Assembly (NCBI GenBank): GCA_017654855.1
Contig: CM030332.1
Coordinates: 6,944,001-7,008,000, forward strand
Length of the DNA: 64,000 nucleotides
Direction of reading: 5' to 3'
Source of the DNA: Podospora anserina
Taxonomy: Eukaryota
Made by a program: the position numbers and the translations under genes. The notes below the pieces were generated by a model, which worked only from the letters and a program-made list of their open reading frames with translations, was not told where the DNA came from and searched no databases. Shown in pieces: positions 62,546 through 64,000 of the stretch. The stretch's first letter is position 1. The number at the start of each line of letters is the position of its first letter.

Positions 62546-64000
62546 AACGCATGATTATTTCCTAGCGTTGTCGTTTTTTATCATGATATCCCGCATAGAC
62601 GGCGCTTCCTTCTTTTTTTCGACTGACGAATGTCGCAGTCGTCATTATGAACATCCACATCACACATCGCTATCCGCGAACTTTTCCGTCAGGCATTTCC
62701 TTGCAACTTGTTAACTTCTAATACCGGCTTGAATAAGGCTGTGTAGGAATTATTGTACATTTACCATGGAAACATATTTGCACATTTTACGGATTTTTAT
62801 TCTTGTTGGGAGTGGCGCTTTTGTTTTATTTTGTTTAAGGGGTAGGGAAGGAGAGAAAGCATACATTTATACCCAGTTGGAAGTTGGAATAGGGGAGAGT
62901 TTGGTTCACAAAGGGAGGGACGGACGTTTTTATTTTTTTGTTTTGAAATATTGAAGGGGATTTCTGGATGGAGGTGGTTTGGTCTGGCCCAGTAGTGTGG
63001 TGGTGATTGAGGGAGAGGGGGAGGGGGACCTGGCTTGTATTATTTATATACATATTCGTGTACCCTCCAACCTCTGTATATGCGTGGGGTTGTTGAGGGG
63101 GAGAATAAGAGACATTTTGGAGATGTGATCACTTTGTTCTTTGTCTGTGTTCTGCTTCTGTGTTTGTGGTGAGAGTGGGGGATGCTTAGGGGTAGCCAGT
63201 TGCAAAGATGACTTGCCCAATGGGCGCGGGTTACCAAGTTTTCGGGTCAGCGTGTTGCTTATGCGGTGATGGTGGTGTGTGGGTGGGTGTTCCAAATTGG
63301 GGAGAGTTCCTGCATGTTTGTTTCCAGATGTGGTGTGTATGGGTGGTGAGCAACGTTCTTTCGGTGTCTCCGGTGTCAGGGGTGACTGGCGTACGGGAGA
63401 AGGGGGGGGGCGGCGAGGGATGGGAAAGTTGAGCGAAAGAACGTACGGAAGAGAGAGCTAGATGGAGGACTATGATAGAGTAAGATTGCTGAACCCACTG
63501 TCGCCATTACTTACCACCTGTCACCAGGTATATCATTTGTGGGAGACTTGTGTCATGTTTCTCTCGTCGGTTTCAAAGCGGCCCGCCGGCGTATCCCGGC
63601 GAGAAGATGGCAACAGTGACATATCCAGACAGAGGTCAGTACGCCGTCCGTTCCGGAAAATCCAAGTTTGGGTTTTGTGGTTGAGTCCAATGTCAGGGTC
63701 GTGGTGGGGGAGCGGAGGGTTTGGTACCTGACTACCCTGAATATGCGTTGGAGTGGAGAACCTGTATGTAGGTGAGGCTGCTCCGAGGCTGTGCTGCTTG
63801 TCTAAAGATTATCTTTGGGGTTGGGTTTGACAACAGACGTCATTATCTCCTGTTAAAAGCTTCCCTCTCTACTCGAGATTCGACGGGTGACTAGGCGAAC
63901 CCTTGCTGGAGTACACACCGGTAGATCTGAGTAGATATTAGACGGACTTTTCAGTTGTGACATGTGTCACCGGGGAGGGAAGTGGCATGCCGCTGCAGAT

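Noticed and set aside
1-64000. tRNA, 5S rRNA, CRISPR array, intact transposon, NLR/HET or secondary-metabolite cluster
   Set aside because: No such signatures recognised by eye; small ncRNAs cannot be excluded without tRNAscan-SE/Infernal

Overview
Eukaryotic DNA from a filamentous ascomycete. The short GT-AG introns with CTRAY branch sites and the protein sequences point to Sordariales, Podospora/Neurospora-like; the genus is an inference. I reconstructed 14 protein-coding genes by hand, with exon phases checked: casein kinase I (-), Pal1-family endocytic protein (+), a degenerate Rad51-paralog-like protein (+), a two-FAS1 fasciclin (-), a C2H2 zinc-finger protein with an N-terminal transmembrane helix (+), exosome subunit Rrp40 (-), Hsp70-like Ssz1 (+), an NT-C2 (EEIG1/EHBP1) protein (-), RNase P/MRP Pop1 (+), an RBR/IBR E3 ligase (+), a second-type PKA catalytic subunit (-), a GRAM-TBC-EF-hand Rab-GAP (+), a ~4013-aa secreted WSC/Thr-Ser mucin-like protein (+), and a ~1144-aa disordered, probably myristoylated protein (+). 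I recognised no tRNA, rRNA, CRISPR array or intact transposon. There are several microsatellites and one short TpA-rich patch that may be a RIP relic. The most notable items are: (1) the apparently membrane-tethered C2H2 factor; (2) the giant anchor-less WSC mucin with periodic beta-prone motifs, acidic repeats and a Kex2-like site; (3) the Walker-less Rad51 paralog; (4) a three-way splice choice for the CK1 tail; (5) tandem DSGxxS degron-like motifs in the myristoylated protein. All family assignments come from motif recognition, not database searches.
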